Source of the DNA: Candidatus Caldarchaeum sp.
GTDB lineage: Archaea; Thermoproteota; Nitrososphaeria_A; Caldarchaeales; Caldarchaeaceae
Reading direction: 5' to 3'
Length of the DNA stretch: 64,000 nucleotides
Assembly (NCBI GenBank): GCA_038890155.1
Contig: JAWAFZ010000005.1
Location: forward strand, 505-64,504
A program made the translations under genes and the position numbers. Of this stretch, positions 28,390 to 37,029 are shown in pieces; within the stretch, counting starts at the first letter, position 1, and every line of letters begins with the position of its first letter. Under the pieces are notes generated by a model. That model was given only the letters and a program-made list of their open reading frames with translations. It did not search any database and was not told the DNA's origin.

Positions 28390-28400
28390 GCTTAAATATT
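28390..28400 (+). promoter_or_regulatory. TATA-like box (GCTTAAATATT) ~23 nt upstream of the eIF-2B-family gene GTG
   Basis: A/T box at the expected distance. Confidence 0.3.
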
Positions 28401-28417
28401 GTCGTGGTGTTTGTGGC

Positions 28418-29461
28418 GTGAATTTGCTGGACGTAGAGACTGTTCGATGGGACGACAGACGTCGTGAAGTTGTTCTGCTTGATCAACGTGTTTTACCCAT
28501 GCGTGTAAGGTTCGTGCGCTGCAGAACCGTTAACCAAGTTGCTGAATCGATTAAAAACATGACCGTGAGAGGCGCTCCAGCCATCGGCGTTGCCGCTGCT
28601 TTTGGGATGGCGGTGGCGGCTCTAAGGTCGCAGGCCAAGACACGTGATACTCTGTTGAAGGACCTTGAAAAAGCACGACAGCTTCTTGCGTCAACACGGC
28701 CGACAGCCGTAAACCTGTTCTGGGCCCTAGACCGGATGATGGTCAAGGCACAGACCAGCGGCGGCAATCCCGATACAATCTCCGACGAACTATTGCGGGA
28801 AGCTAAGAGAATACTCGACGAAGACGTCCAGATGAATAAAACAATCGGCAGGTATGGTTCAGACTTGATAGAAGATGGTGCGAGAGTCTTGACCCACTGT
28901 AATGCTGGGGCTCTTGCGACCGCCGGGTACGGTACTGCTTTGGGCGTTGTTAGGTCTGCTTTTGAGCAGGGCAAGAAGGTGATGGTTTACGCCAGCGAGA
29001 CGAGGCCACGGCTCCAGGGAGCGAAGTTGACTGCCTTCGAGCTGAAGATGTTGGGCATTCCAGTCGTGGTCATCCCCGACACGGCTGTTGCGTTCCTGAT
29101 GTCGAAGAAGATGGTTGACTGCGTGGTGGTCGGTGCAGACAGGGTTTTGGCTAAGACAGGCCATGTGATAAACAAGATAGGCACTCTCTCAGCGGCCGTA
29201 AACGCCAAACACTTCAACATACCGTTCTACGTTGCAGCACCCCTCTCAACGGTCGACCTGTTCAAGTCGGTCGATGAGGTAGTCATCGAGGAACGGTCTG
29301 AGGACGAGGTACACTACGTAGGAAGAACAAGGATTACTCCCGTAGGGGTTAGAGCTTTGAACTACGCCTTCGACATCACGCCGCCCGAGCTAGTCACGGC
29401 TGTGATAACTGAAAGAGGTGTTTTCAGGCCTGACGAGTTGGAGAAGTTTCTAACCGGCTAG
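28418..29461 (+). CDS. eIF-2B alpha/beta/delta-family protein (ribose-1,5-bisphosphate or methylthioribose-1-phosphate isomerase-like)
   Basis: VRGAPAIGVAAA, THCNAGALATAGYGTALGV, and GADRV...G.V.NKIGT are hallmark motifs of the family. Confidence 0.8.
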   Translation: MNLLDVETVRWDDRRREVVLLDQRVLPMRVRFVRCRTVNQVAESIKNMTVRGAPAIGVAAAFGMAVAALRSQAKTRDTLLKDLEKARQLLASTRPTAVNLFWALDRMMVKAQTSGGNPDTISDELLREAKRILDEDVQMNKTIGRYGSDLIEDGARVLTHCNAGALATAGYGTALGVVRSAFEQGKKVMVYASETRPRLQGAKLTAFELKMLGIPVVVIPDTAVAFLMSKKMVDCVVVGADRVLAKTGHVINKIGTLSAAVNAKHFNIPFYVAAPLSTVDLFKSVDEVVIEERSEDEVHYVGRTRITPVGVRALNYAFDITPPELVTAVITERGVFRPDELEKFLTG

Positions 29462-30067
29462 TCCTGCGAACAGCTCTATCAAGAGTATGAGCAGGACTGC
29501 CGCAAAACCGATGCTCACCATCCTTATCCCCGACTTGAGTACGTCTGTCTTCGAAAACCTGCCCATCATCAACCCCAGCGTGAAGAGCAGTCCGAGACCT
29601 ATCAGGGTTGAGATGTGTGGGGCGATGGGCCTGAGGTCTCCGTAGTAGATGCTGGCTATGTAGGGTGAGAGGATGGTGAGGGATAGTATGAAGGTTGAGA
29701 GTCCTCCTACCAGCGATGCGACCACGGTTCCAACGGTTCCAGCTCTGCCGATTACCGTGTCGCTGACATCCCGCAGCAACGAGGCTTGAAGCTCCTTGAT
29801 AAGCCGCTTCGTCTCGGCGCTCTCGGTCAAGTAGATGCCTGAAACGCCTGAAACCAGCATGGCGACGGACATTCCCAGGCCTGCGAACACGACGGTCGTA
29901 GCCTGCGTCGAGGGGGCCAGCGAAGCCCCCAGCGTGAGACCTACCATAGCCAGAATTCCGTCGAAAGAGTTGCTGAAGAAATACCTCCTAACCGCCCCGC
30001 TCTTACCCGAGTAAGACAGCACGAGGCCCAGCCTTTTCTTAAAATCCTTTAACGATGTCCACAACAT
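29450..30067 (-). CDS. VIT1/CCC1-family (DUF125) membrane protein
   Basis: 5 TM helices with NSFDGILAMVGLTLGAS, a G-x-x-DG-type motif. Confidence 0.45.
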   Translation of the reverse strand: MLWTSLKDFKKRLGLVLSYSGKSGAVRRYFFSNSFDGILAMVGLTLGASLAPSTQATTVVFAGLGMSVAMLVSGVSGIYLTESAETKRLIKELQASLLRDVSDTVIGRAGTVGTVVASLVGGLSTFILSLTILSPYIASIYYGDLRPIAPHISTLIGLGLLFTLGLMMGRFSKTDVLKSGIRMVSIGFAAVLLILLIELFAGLAG

Positions 30068-30137
30068 CTCGGCCTACAGCAGCATAGGCTGGTGATAGGC
30101 ATCTTAAAAAGAATCCCGTGCAACATATATAAGCATC

Positions 30138-31037
30138 ATGCAGCGGATAAGACTTCGTCTGTTCACGGTCGTGGCTCTCGCCGCAGGCCTATACTTGACA
30201 GTCTACGCCTTATCGCAGCTAGGTCTGCTGCCTTTCAACGCTGAACGCATGGTCTACGTCTTGATCGTCGTCTTCGCCGGAGTTTCCATCGTCAGGCTGG
30301 TAAGCTCCTACACAGTAAGAACTTTCAAGCCGCTCGTGGGACAGCAGGCCGTAGGCGTCTCGCTGACGATCCAGCTGTTGGGATACATCGCAGTAGCCGC
30401 CTTCGTGCTGGGCTCCCTAGGGGTACCGCCTGAAACGGCGCTGGCGGGAGGTACTTTGACAGGGCTCGTCATAGGCCTCGCAGGCCAGACAACTCTGTCC
30501 AACATAATCGCTGGGATAATCATCCTTGTCTCGAGGCCTTTCAAGATAGGAGACCGTGTGGGCGTCATCACAAGCTCGATCCCCTACCAGTGGGCCTTCC
30601 TCCCCGGCTACAAGTTCTTCTCAAGGGACTACGTCGTCCCGGCCTACACAGGCGTTGTCGAGAACATGAGCCTTATGTACACGACTTTGGTGACAGACGA
30701 CGGGCTGGTGGTCAAGATACCAAACAACCTGATCCTTGCCAACTCAGCGATCGCCAACTACTCCGAGGTTAGCGAAAGGATGCGGAAGCTCCGGTACGAG
30801 TTTCCTCTGGACTTCGGCCCCGAGGAGGTCGTTGCCAAGGTTAGGAGCCAGCTGGCCGCTTTCCAGGAAGTGAAGGAGGTTTACCTCGAGGAACAGAGCG
30901 ACAAAACCCACTACATAGTGGCCGTCGTCTTTGACGCTCCGCTCAACACATGGAGGGATGTGAAGTCGAAGATTTTGACAGCCGTCATCGAGGTTCACCG
31001 TGCTATGAGGGCCTCCAGCACCCAGAACAGTTTATAA
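30138..31037 (+). CDS. Small-conductance mechanosensitive channel (MscS family)
   Basis: Three TM helices followed by the TM3/beta-domain signature LSNIIAGIIILVSRPFKIGDRVGV. Confidence 0.75.
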   Translation: MQRIRLRLFTVVALAAGLYLTVYALSQLGLLPFNAERMVYVLIVVFAGVSIVRLVSSYTVRTFKPLVGQQAVGVSLTIQLLGYIAVAAFVLGSLGVPPETALAGGTLTGLVIGLAGQTTLSNIIAGIIILVSRPFKIGDRVGVITSSIPYQWAFLPGYKFFSRDYVVPAYTGVVENMSLMYTTLVTDDGLVVKIPNNLILANSAIANYSEVSERMRKLRYEFPLDFGPEEVVAKVRSQLAAFQEVKEVYLEEQSDKTHYIVAVVFDAPLNTWRDVKSKILTAVIEVHRAMRASSTQNSL

Positions 31038-31063
31038 ATGGCATCGATGCAGGTTGCAGCGGT

Positions 31064-31567
31064 ATGAAGGCTAAGAACTACAGGAGGCCCGAGGGCATGA
31101 CGTACGCTAGGAACGAGTACATCCACGGCCCTCCGCCCTCCAAGATAACAAAGTACACGGCAGGCGTTTACCGAAACGACTACACCCACGAGCTTCTCCT
31201 AATTCCGGAGACAGACCTGCAGATAAGAGACGTAGCCATCGAGTCGGCCAGGATAGCCGTCAACAAGGTCTTGACCGAGAAGCTCAACGACAAGTTTTAC
31301 CTTGAGGTCAAGGCTCACCCCCACCACGTTCTGCGTGAGAACAAGATGATCTTCGGAGCTCACGCCGACAGGCTTCAGGAAGGAATGCGGCGGGCTTTCG
31401 GTAAGCCGGTAGGGAGGGCTGCAAGGGTCGAGGCTGGAGACCCTGTTCTCAGGCTGCTTGTTTACGGCGAAGGCTTGGCGGCGGCCCGTGAGGCTCTGGA
31501 GCTGGCTGGCAAGAAGCTCCCCAAGAAATACTACATAGTCGAGCATCAGCTGGCTCAGAGTGCCTAG
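31064..31567 (+). CDS. rpl10e: 50S ribosomal protein L10e (uL16)
   Basis: NEYIHGPPPSKITKYTAG and FGKPVGRAARV match L10e. Internal ATG chosen because upstream residues of the longer ORF are not L10e-like. Confidence 0.8.
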   Translation: MKAKNYRRPEGMTYARNEYIHGPPPSKITKYTAGVYRNDYTHELLLIPETDLQIRDVAIESARIAVNKVLTEKLNDKFYLEVKAHPHHVLRENKMIFGAHADRLQEGMRRAFGKPVGRAARVEAGDPVLRLLVYGEGLAAAREALELAGKKLPKKYYIVEHQLAQSA

Positions 31568-31979
31568 CTTGGAGGATTTCGCCAGAGCCCATGTGGACGG
31601 CGCAGCTAGAGGAAACCCAGGGCCAGCCGGGTTAGGCGTGGTTTTCGAGGCCGGCGGCAGGGTCGAGAAGTATGGCGAGTATCTGGGCCGTATGACGAAC
31701 AACCAAGCCGAGTACCATGCCTTGATCAAGGCGCTGGAGATTGCTCTCACCCGAGGCGTGAGACGGCTGAAAGTGTTTACAGACAGCCAGCTCTTGGCCA
31801 AACAGGTTAACGAAGAGTATAAGGTTAGGAGTCCTGGGCTTAAGCCTCTCCACGCGAAGGTTGTCGACCTAACCTCCAGGCTGGAGATGTTTGAGATAAA
31901 ATATGTGGGTAGGAGGGAGAACGCCGAGGCCGACAGGCTGGCGAACGAGGCTATAGACCGTGCTATGGGGAGACCGTGA
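31560..31979 (+). CDS. rnhA: Ribonuclease HI
   Basis: DGAARGNPGPAG, NNQAEYHALI, TDSQLL and the C-terminal D are the RNase H type 1 catalytic DEDD pattern. Confidence 0.8.
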   Translation: MPSLEDFARAHVDGAARGNPGPAGLGVVFEAGGRVEKYGEYLGRMTNNQAEYHALIKALEIALTRGVRRLKVFTDSQLLAKQVNEEYKVRSPGLKPLHAKVVDLTSRLEMFEIKYVGRRENAEADRLANEAIDRAMGRP

Positions 31980-32107
31980 TGACGGCCTTCTGCTCAGCCT
32001 GCTTCTTGGACGCCTCCCTCATCTTCTTGAGCCACATCTCGTATTCTGCGTCGGACGTGCAGTGGCACATGGCTAACAGGGTTCATGCTTGAATTTAAGC
32101 AGTACGT

Positions 32108-32791
32108 ATGAACGCCTTAATAACGTGGATGCCTTGTTTGCCCGAGATGGGCAGGTCTTACAGAATCACTGGCTTGAGGAAAGCTATTGCCGACAGGCTG
32201 GGCTACAGCCTCCGAAACTCCCTACCGGTTGCGTTGATGACCGACTACGACGCCTCAAGGCTCATCGCCCTGTACAACAACTACAAACAAACACGTGGAA
32301 AAGAAAGCCCCAGCATCACGTCGATAATCATCAAGGCTGTCGGCGACATACTCCCCAAGCATCCAGCCATAAACTCCGTCGTGGAAGGCGACCAAGTCAC
32401 TGAAGTGGATGAAGTGAACATAGCCGTGGCCGTCGAGACCCCCCGAGGGCTCTACGCTCCTACCATAAAGAACGTTGAAAGGAGGACTTTATTCGAGGTT
32501 GAGGAAGAGCTGCGTCGTCTGTCGGCGAGGGCGATCGAGGGCTCTATAACGATGAACGAGCTTGCGGGCCACAGCTTCACCGTCTCGAACCTTGGCCACC
32601 TCGACGTGCTGTACTTCACACCAATAATCAACCCTCCCGACGCATGCATCCTAGGCGTCGGAGCAGTGAGAAGTGAAGGGACGTATCCCAAAGGCCACCT
32701 GACGCTGGTCTTCGACCACAGAGTGGTGGACGGAGCTCCTGCGGCGGAGTTTCTGAGGGAAGTCAAGCAGAAGCTGGAGAGCCTCGGCTAG
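32108..32791 (+). CDS. 2-oxoacid dehydrogenase E2 (acyltransferase) catalytic domain only, no lipoyl or subunit-binding domain
   Basis: Catalytic motif FDHRVVDGAPAAEFL near the C-terminus. 227 aa equals the catalytic domain length. Confidence 0.65.
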   Translation: MNALITWMPCLPEMGRSYRITGLRKAIADRLGYSLRNSLPVALMTDYDASRLIALYNNYKQTRGKESPSITSIIIKAVGDILPKHPAINSVVEGDQVTEVDEVNIAVAVETPRGLYAPTIKNVERRTLFEVEEELRRLSARAIEGSITMNELAGHSFTVSNLGHLDVLYFTPIINPPDACILGVGAVRSEGTYPKGHLTLVFDHRVVDGAPAAEFLREVKQKLESLG

Positions 32792-32825
32792 CATGTTTTT
32801 ATTGTTGACGTAGGGGTTCGAGGCC

Positions 32826-33875
32826 GTGGTAAGGTACGTTGCGGTGCTCGCCAGCCACAGCGCCCTCGACGTTCTGGACGGAGCTAGAGACGAGGGTTTT
32901 AGGACAGCGGCCCTAGCCAAGAAAGGACGTGAAACAGCCTACCGGGAGTTTCCAGTCGTTGACGACTTGCTCGTTTTAGACGACTACGTCGAAATAGCTT
33001 CCGAAAAGGTGCAGGAGTGGTTGAGAAGCCTTGACTCGGTCTTCGTCCCCAACAGGAGCTTCGCAGTCTACGTGGGCTACGACCTTATCGAGAGAAAGTT
33101 CTACGTGCCGGTCTTCGGCAACAAGCGGCTCCTCCGCTGGGAGGAGAGGGCTGGCGAGTCAAGCTACTACAAGCTTCTGGACGAGGCTGGAGTTCCGAGG
33201 CCGAGGACTTACAGCATGGAGGACTTCGAGGGCCCCGTGATAGTCAAGCTGCCAGAGTCCGCCAGACGTGCCGAAAGAGCTTTCTTCATAGCCGCAGACG
33301 TGAACGACTTGAGGAGAAAGCTCCAAAACATGCAGAGACAAGGATTAGTTGACGACTCCTCACTCGAACAGGTTTCCGTCGAGCAACTCGTCCTCGGAGC
33401 TCACTTCAACGCAAACTTCTTCAACAGCGTTGTCAGAAACCGCCTCGAGCTCCACAGCATCGACCGGCGGATCCAGTCAAGCCTAGACGGAGTCTACAGG
33501 CTTCCAGCAGCCGACCAGCTCAGCATAAACCCAGCAGTAAGCTACATAGAGGTAGGGCACGAGCCTGCGACTCTGAGGGAGAGCCTTCTTGAGAAAGTCT
33601 TCAAAGCGGGCAGGAGGTTTGCCCAAGCCTGCGAACGCCTCGTCCCTCCCGGAGTGATAGGCCCCTTCACCCTCCAGTTCATCGTCACACCAGACCTCGA
33701 TATTGTTGTTTACGATGTTGCTTTGAGGATTGGAGGTGGGACGAACGTCTACCTCGGGCTGGGCGGTCAGTACAGCAAGCTCTACCATGGAAGGCCTTTG
33801 AGCATGGGTAGGCGTATGGCCGTTGAGGTGAGGGAGGCATGGGAGACCGGGCAGCTGTCGAGGGCTACGACATGA
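32826..33875 (+). CDS. purP: 5-formaminoimidazole-4-carboxamide ribonucleotide (FAICAR) synthetase PurP, copy 1
   Basis: N-terminal ASHSALDVLDGARDEGF and ATP-grasp body typical of archaeal PurP. Confidence 0.75.
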   Translation: MVRYVAVLASHSALDVLDGARDEGFRTAALAKKGRETAYREFPVVDDLLVLDDYVEIASEKVQEWLRSLDSVFVPNRSFAVYVGYDLIERKFYVPVFGNKRLLRWEERAGESSYYKLLDEAGVPRPRTYSMEDFEGPVIVKLPESARRAERAFFIAADVNDLRRKLQNMQRQGLVDDSSLEQVSVEQLVLGAHFNANFFNSVVRNRLELHSIDRRIQSSLDGVYRLPAADQLSINPAVSYIEVGHEPATLRESLLEKVFKAGRRFAQACERLVPPGVIGPFTLQFIVTPDLDIVVYDVALRIGGGTNVYLGLGGQYSKLYHGRPLSMGRRMAVEVREAWETGQLSRATT

Positions 33876-34873
33876 ACATCGTGAAACATTACAACACGGG
33901 GAGGCTGACGATAGCCACGGTGGCGAGCCACAGCTGCCTGCAGATTCTCAGAGCCGCCAAGAAGGAAGGGTTTAGGACAACCGCTGTCGCCACAGCCAAG
34001 ACAGCCCCGTTCTACAGCAGGTTCACGTTCATCGACAAACTAATCACCGCTGAGCCGGAGGATATGGAGCAGCTTGCTCCACAGCTTTTCGAGGACAACG
34101 TCGTGTTCATCCCTCACGGCAGCTTCGTAGAGTACTGCGGCCCCGAAAAAGCAGAGGCGTTCAACGTCCCTTTCTTCGGAACAAGAGGCTTGATCCGGGT
34201 CGAGGCCAGCCAAGCCCTCAAGATGAGGCTGATAAAGGACGCAGGACTGCCGACGCCCGAAGAATACAGCTCGCCCGACACAGTCAAGCCGCCCGTGATA
34301 GTCAAGTTTGACGGCGCTAAGGGTGGGCGGGGCTACTTCATGGCAAGAGACGCTGAGACTCTAAAGGAGAAACTCAGCCAAGTTAGAGGTGGATACGTAA
34401 TCCAGCAGTACTTAGTCGGGGTTCCGGCCTACATCCACTACTTCGCATCTCCCTTAAAGAAAAGAGTCGAGCTGTTCGGAGCAGACATAAGGTACGAGTC
34501 GAACATAGACGGCAGAGTTCTCGGGCTTGCGGAGCCGTCTTTCACTGTTGTCGGCAACAGGCCTGTAGTGCTTCGCGAATCGCTTCTACCCACTTTGACG
34601 GCCTACGGCGAAGCCTTCGCAGAAACAGTCGAGGAAAAGCTAGGGCAAAGAATGATAGGGCCCTTCTGCCTCGAGACCATCATAGACGACAACATGCAGG
34701 TGTGGGTTTTTGAGTTCTCTGGGAGGATCGTTGCCGGAACGAATGTTTACATGGGCGTCGGCAGTCCCTACTCCACGCTCTACTTCGAAAAACCGATGGA
34801 CATGGGTGAGAGAATCGCATACGAGCTAAAGGAGGCCGCGGAAAGAAACCTCCTAGAGCTAGTCACTACCTAA
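33872..34873 (+). CDS. purP: PurP paralog, copy 2
   Basis: N-terminus ...TVASHSCLQILRAAKKEGF parallels copy 1. Start ATG overlaps the copy-1 stop (ATGA). Confidence 0.75.
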   Translation: MNIVKHYNTGRLTIATVASHSCLQILRAAKKEGFRTTAVATAKTAPFYSRFTFIDKLITAEPEDMEQLAPQLFEDNVVFIPHGSFVEYCGPEKAEAFNVPFFGTRGLIRVEASQALKMRLIKDAGLPTPEEYSSPDTVKPPVIVKFDGAKGGRGYFMARDAETLKEKLSQVRGGYVIQQYLVGVPAYIHYFASPLKKRVELFGADIRYESNIDGRVLGLAEPSFTVVGNRPVVLRESLLPTLTAYGEAFAETVEEKLGQRMIGPFCLETIIDDNMQVWVFEFSGRIVAGTNVYMGVGSPYSTLYFEKPMDMGERIAYELKEAAERNLLELVTT

Positions 34874-36149
34874 CCTGGGACTCGACGAACTTAAACTTCT
34901 TACCCCGCTCAGTCTCGATACGGTCCACCACTTTGACGTTATACCTCAGTCCTTTGAACAACAACGCTGACCTTCTTTCAACCTCGGCTACAACTTTCTC
35001 GACGTCGCCGTCGACCATGATTAAAACATCCACCGTATAGTCGGTTTTCTGCAGAACCTTGTACCTTTTGAGACCCGGAACGTCTTGAATCGTCTGCATA
35101 ACTGCGTAGGGCGAGATGTGGCCTCCTCCGGGAATCTTCAAAGTGTCGACTACTCGTCCCTCCACGTTTTTCAGCAGGGGCAGCCCGCGGCCGCATGGGC
35201 ATTCATCATCCAGCGGTGTGGCGATGTCTCCCAGCATGTAGCGTATTATCGGCGTTGCATGTCTGAAAAGGCTGGTGGCAACGACCTCTCCTCGCTCTCC
35301 AGCTGAAACCTCCTCGCCGTCCTTTAGGAATTCCAGAACGACAGAGTCGATGTTGATGTGGTAGGCTGTTCTGTCGGGGCACTCCCAAGCAAGCCCTCCC
35401 ACCGGCGCCACTTCAACACAACCATACCCGTCATAAACCTCCGCCCCGAAAAAGTCCTGCACCATCTTGCGTGTATGGCTGTCGAGAACCTCTCCAGCAG
35501 ACACAGCTATTCTGAAATAAAGCCTCACATCCTTGGTTTCACATGCTTCACGCAAAGACCTGAAATAAGTCGGGTAGGCCACGAGAACGTCCACTCCGTT
35601 CTTGAGAAAATCGATGTGTTTTTCAACGTCCTCAGCCAGAGACAGCCGAGCGACTCGACGCCTCCTAATACCACCCCACAAGCCTGCAACATCAGCCACG
35701 TTCTCCGTGTAAACCTTCTCGGGAGAGCCGCTGACCACTCTCGCTATCTTGTGCCATGGCCTGACGCCGTAGGACCACATACGTCTTAGATACATGCCTT
35801 CTAGGTATGCGGCTGTAGCTGGGTCGTCGAGAACCGCAACAGGAACGCCCGATGTCCCTGAAGTGGTTTTCTTTACGCATTTCCTCAAGTCGATTCCCGT
35901 AGCCGCCCTCTCCTCCAGAGGCACGCTGCGGAGATGCTCCTTTGTCAGGATGGGGAGGGTCTTTATGTCCTTGGTTGTCTCAACCCTAGGAGGGTTAGGA
36001 CCGTACAGCTTCCTGTAGAACAACGTGCTACCGTAAGCATGACGAACCATCGCCCTCAACTTCTCAGCCTGGATGGACATCAACTCGCTCCTGCTCAGCC
36101 ACTGGCTTCTGCTGAGCCAGCGCCAGTTCTTAAGAACCTGAAGCATCAT
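34866..36149 (-). CDS. Phenylacetate-CoA ligase-like adenylate-forming enzyme (PaaK / coenzyme F390 synthetase family)
   Basis: 427 aa with AMP-binding core motifs (TSGTSGVPV, YGCVE). Confidence 0.7.
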   Translation of the reverse strand: MMLQVLKNWRWLSRSQWLSRSELMSIQAEKLRAMVRHAYGSTLFYRKLYGPNPPRVETTKDIKTLPILTKEHLRSVPLEERAATGIDLRKCVKKTTSGTSGVPVAVLDDPATAAYLEGMYLRRMWSYGVRPWHKIARVVSGSPEKVYTENVADVAGLWGGIRRRRVARLSLAEDVEKHIDFLKNGVDVLVAYPTYFRSLREACETKDVRLYFRIAVSAGEVLDSHTRKMVQDFFGAEVYDGYGCVEVAPVGGLAWECPDRTAYHINIDSVVLEFLKDGEEVSAGERGEVVATSLFRHATPIIRYMLGDIATPLDDECPCGRGLPLLKNVEGRVVDTLKIPGGGHISPYAVMQTIQDVPGLKRYKVLQKTDYTVDVLIMVDGDVEKVVAEVERRSALLFKGLRYNVKVVDRIETERGKKFKFVESQVR

Positions 36150-36171
36150 CTCTTTCTCTCGAACAAGGCTC

Positions 36172-36184
36172 CATAGTTTAAATC
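36172..36184 (+). promoter_or_regulatory. TATA-like box (CATAGTTTAAATC) in the 57-bp divergent intergenic region, ~26 nt upstream of psd start
   Basis: Same 11-mer as upstream of fen. Confidence 0.3.
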
Positions 36185-36206
36185 TTGTTATCCTTCTTGG
36201 TCTCTT

Positions 36207-36986
36207 ATGCTTTTAGCTGCGATGGCAGCGGTCTTGGCGGCCCTCGTAGTTGTCATGGCGGTTTTGTTCTTCTACAGAGACCCTGACCGGAATGTTTTGA
36301 GAGCTGGCGGAGTACTTCTTGCGCCGTCAGATGGAGTGGTCGTCTCTGTCAGACGGTACGCTTCGTCTAGAGCGCCCGTACTCAGCAAGGACGGCAGGAG
36401 CTTTTCGGTGGAGGAGTTTACCAATACAACTCTCCTCGGGTCTGACGGCACGATCATCTCCATAGCCATCTCACCTCTCGACGTTCACACAGTGCGTTCA
36501 CCCGCCGACTCAAAGGTTGTCCATCTATCACGAATCAGGGGCGGGCTGAAATGGATGAAATATCCGGATTTCGAGTACACCAACGAGAGGGTGAGCATGG
36601 TTCTCGAGACCCCTCACGGCCCGGTGGGGTTGGTGATTGTCGCCGCTCCAATAACCTCGTCCGTTAAAACCCTCGTCGGGGAAGAGGACTTCGTGGCCGC
36701 TGGCGGCCGTGTTGCAAGGATCAGGCTAGGATCGCTGGCGTCAGTCTTGATTCCAGACACCTCCCGGCTGAGGCCTGCGGTGTACTGCGGCGACAGAGTA
36801 TTGGCTGGGGTTTCCATACTGGCCAGGCCGGTTGACGAGCATTCCTCCAAACCGCTTGGAGAGTGCTGGCTTGAGAAACGGTCGAAGCCTTCGGAACGGC
36901 TTTTCCTGCTGCCGCTTCTAGCATACGCAACCCTCGTCAACCTTGTTTCCATCCTAGGACGCTTGTTTGCAAGACTGTTGAAGTAG
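36207..36986 (+). CDS. psd: Phosphatidylserine (archaetidylserine) decarboxylase proenzyme-like
   Basis: N-terminal TM anchor. ISPLDVHTVRSPADSKVV matches the PSD S-P-x-D-Y-H-R-x-H-x-P motif. IRLGS is a candidate LGS(T) self-cleavage site. Confidence 0.6.
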   Translation: MLLAAMAAVLAALVVVMAVLFFYRDPDRNVLRAGGVLLAPSDGVVVSVRRYASSRAPVLSKDGRSFSVEEFTNTTLLGSDGTIISIAISPLDVHTVRSPADSKVVHLSRIRGGLKWMKYPDFEYTNERVSMVLETPHGPVGLVIVAAPITSSVKTLVGEEDFVAAGGRVARIRLGSLASVLIPDTSRLRPAVYCGDRVLAGVSILARPVDEHSSKPLGECWLEKRSKPSERLFLLPLLAYATLVNLVSILGRLFARLLK

Positions 36987-37029
36987 GCCTTTAAGCTTTA
37001 AAAGCGCTCAATCGCTTGATGTAAATGGC

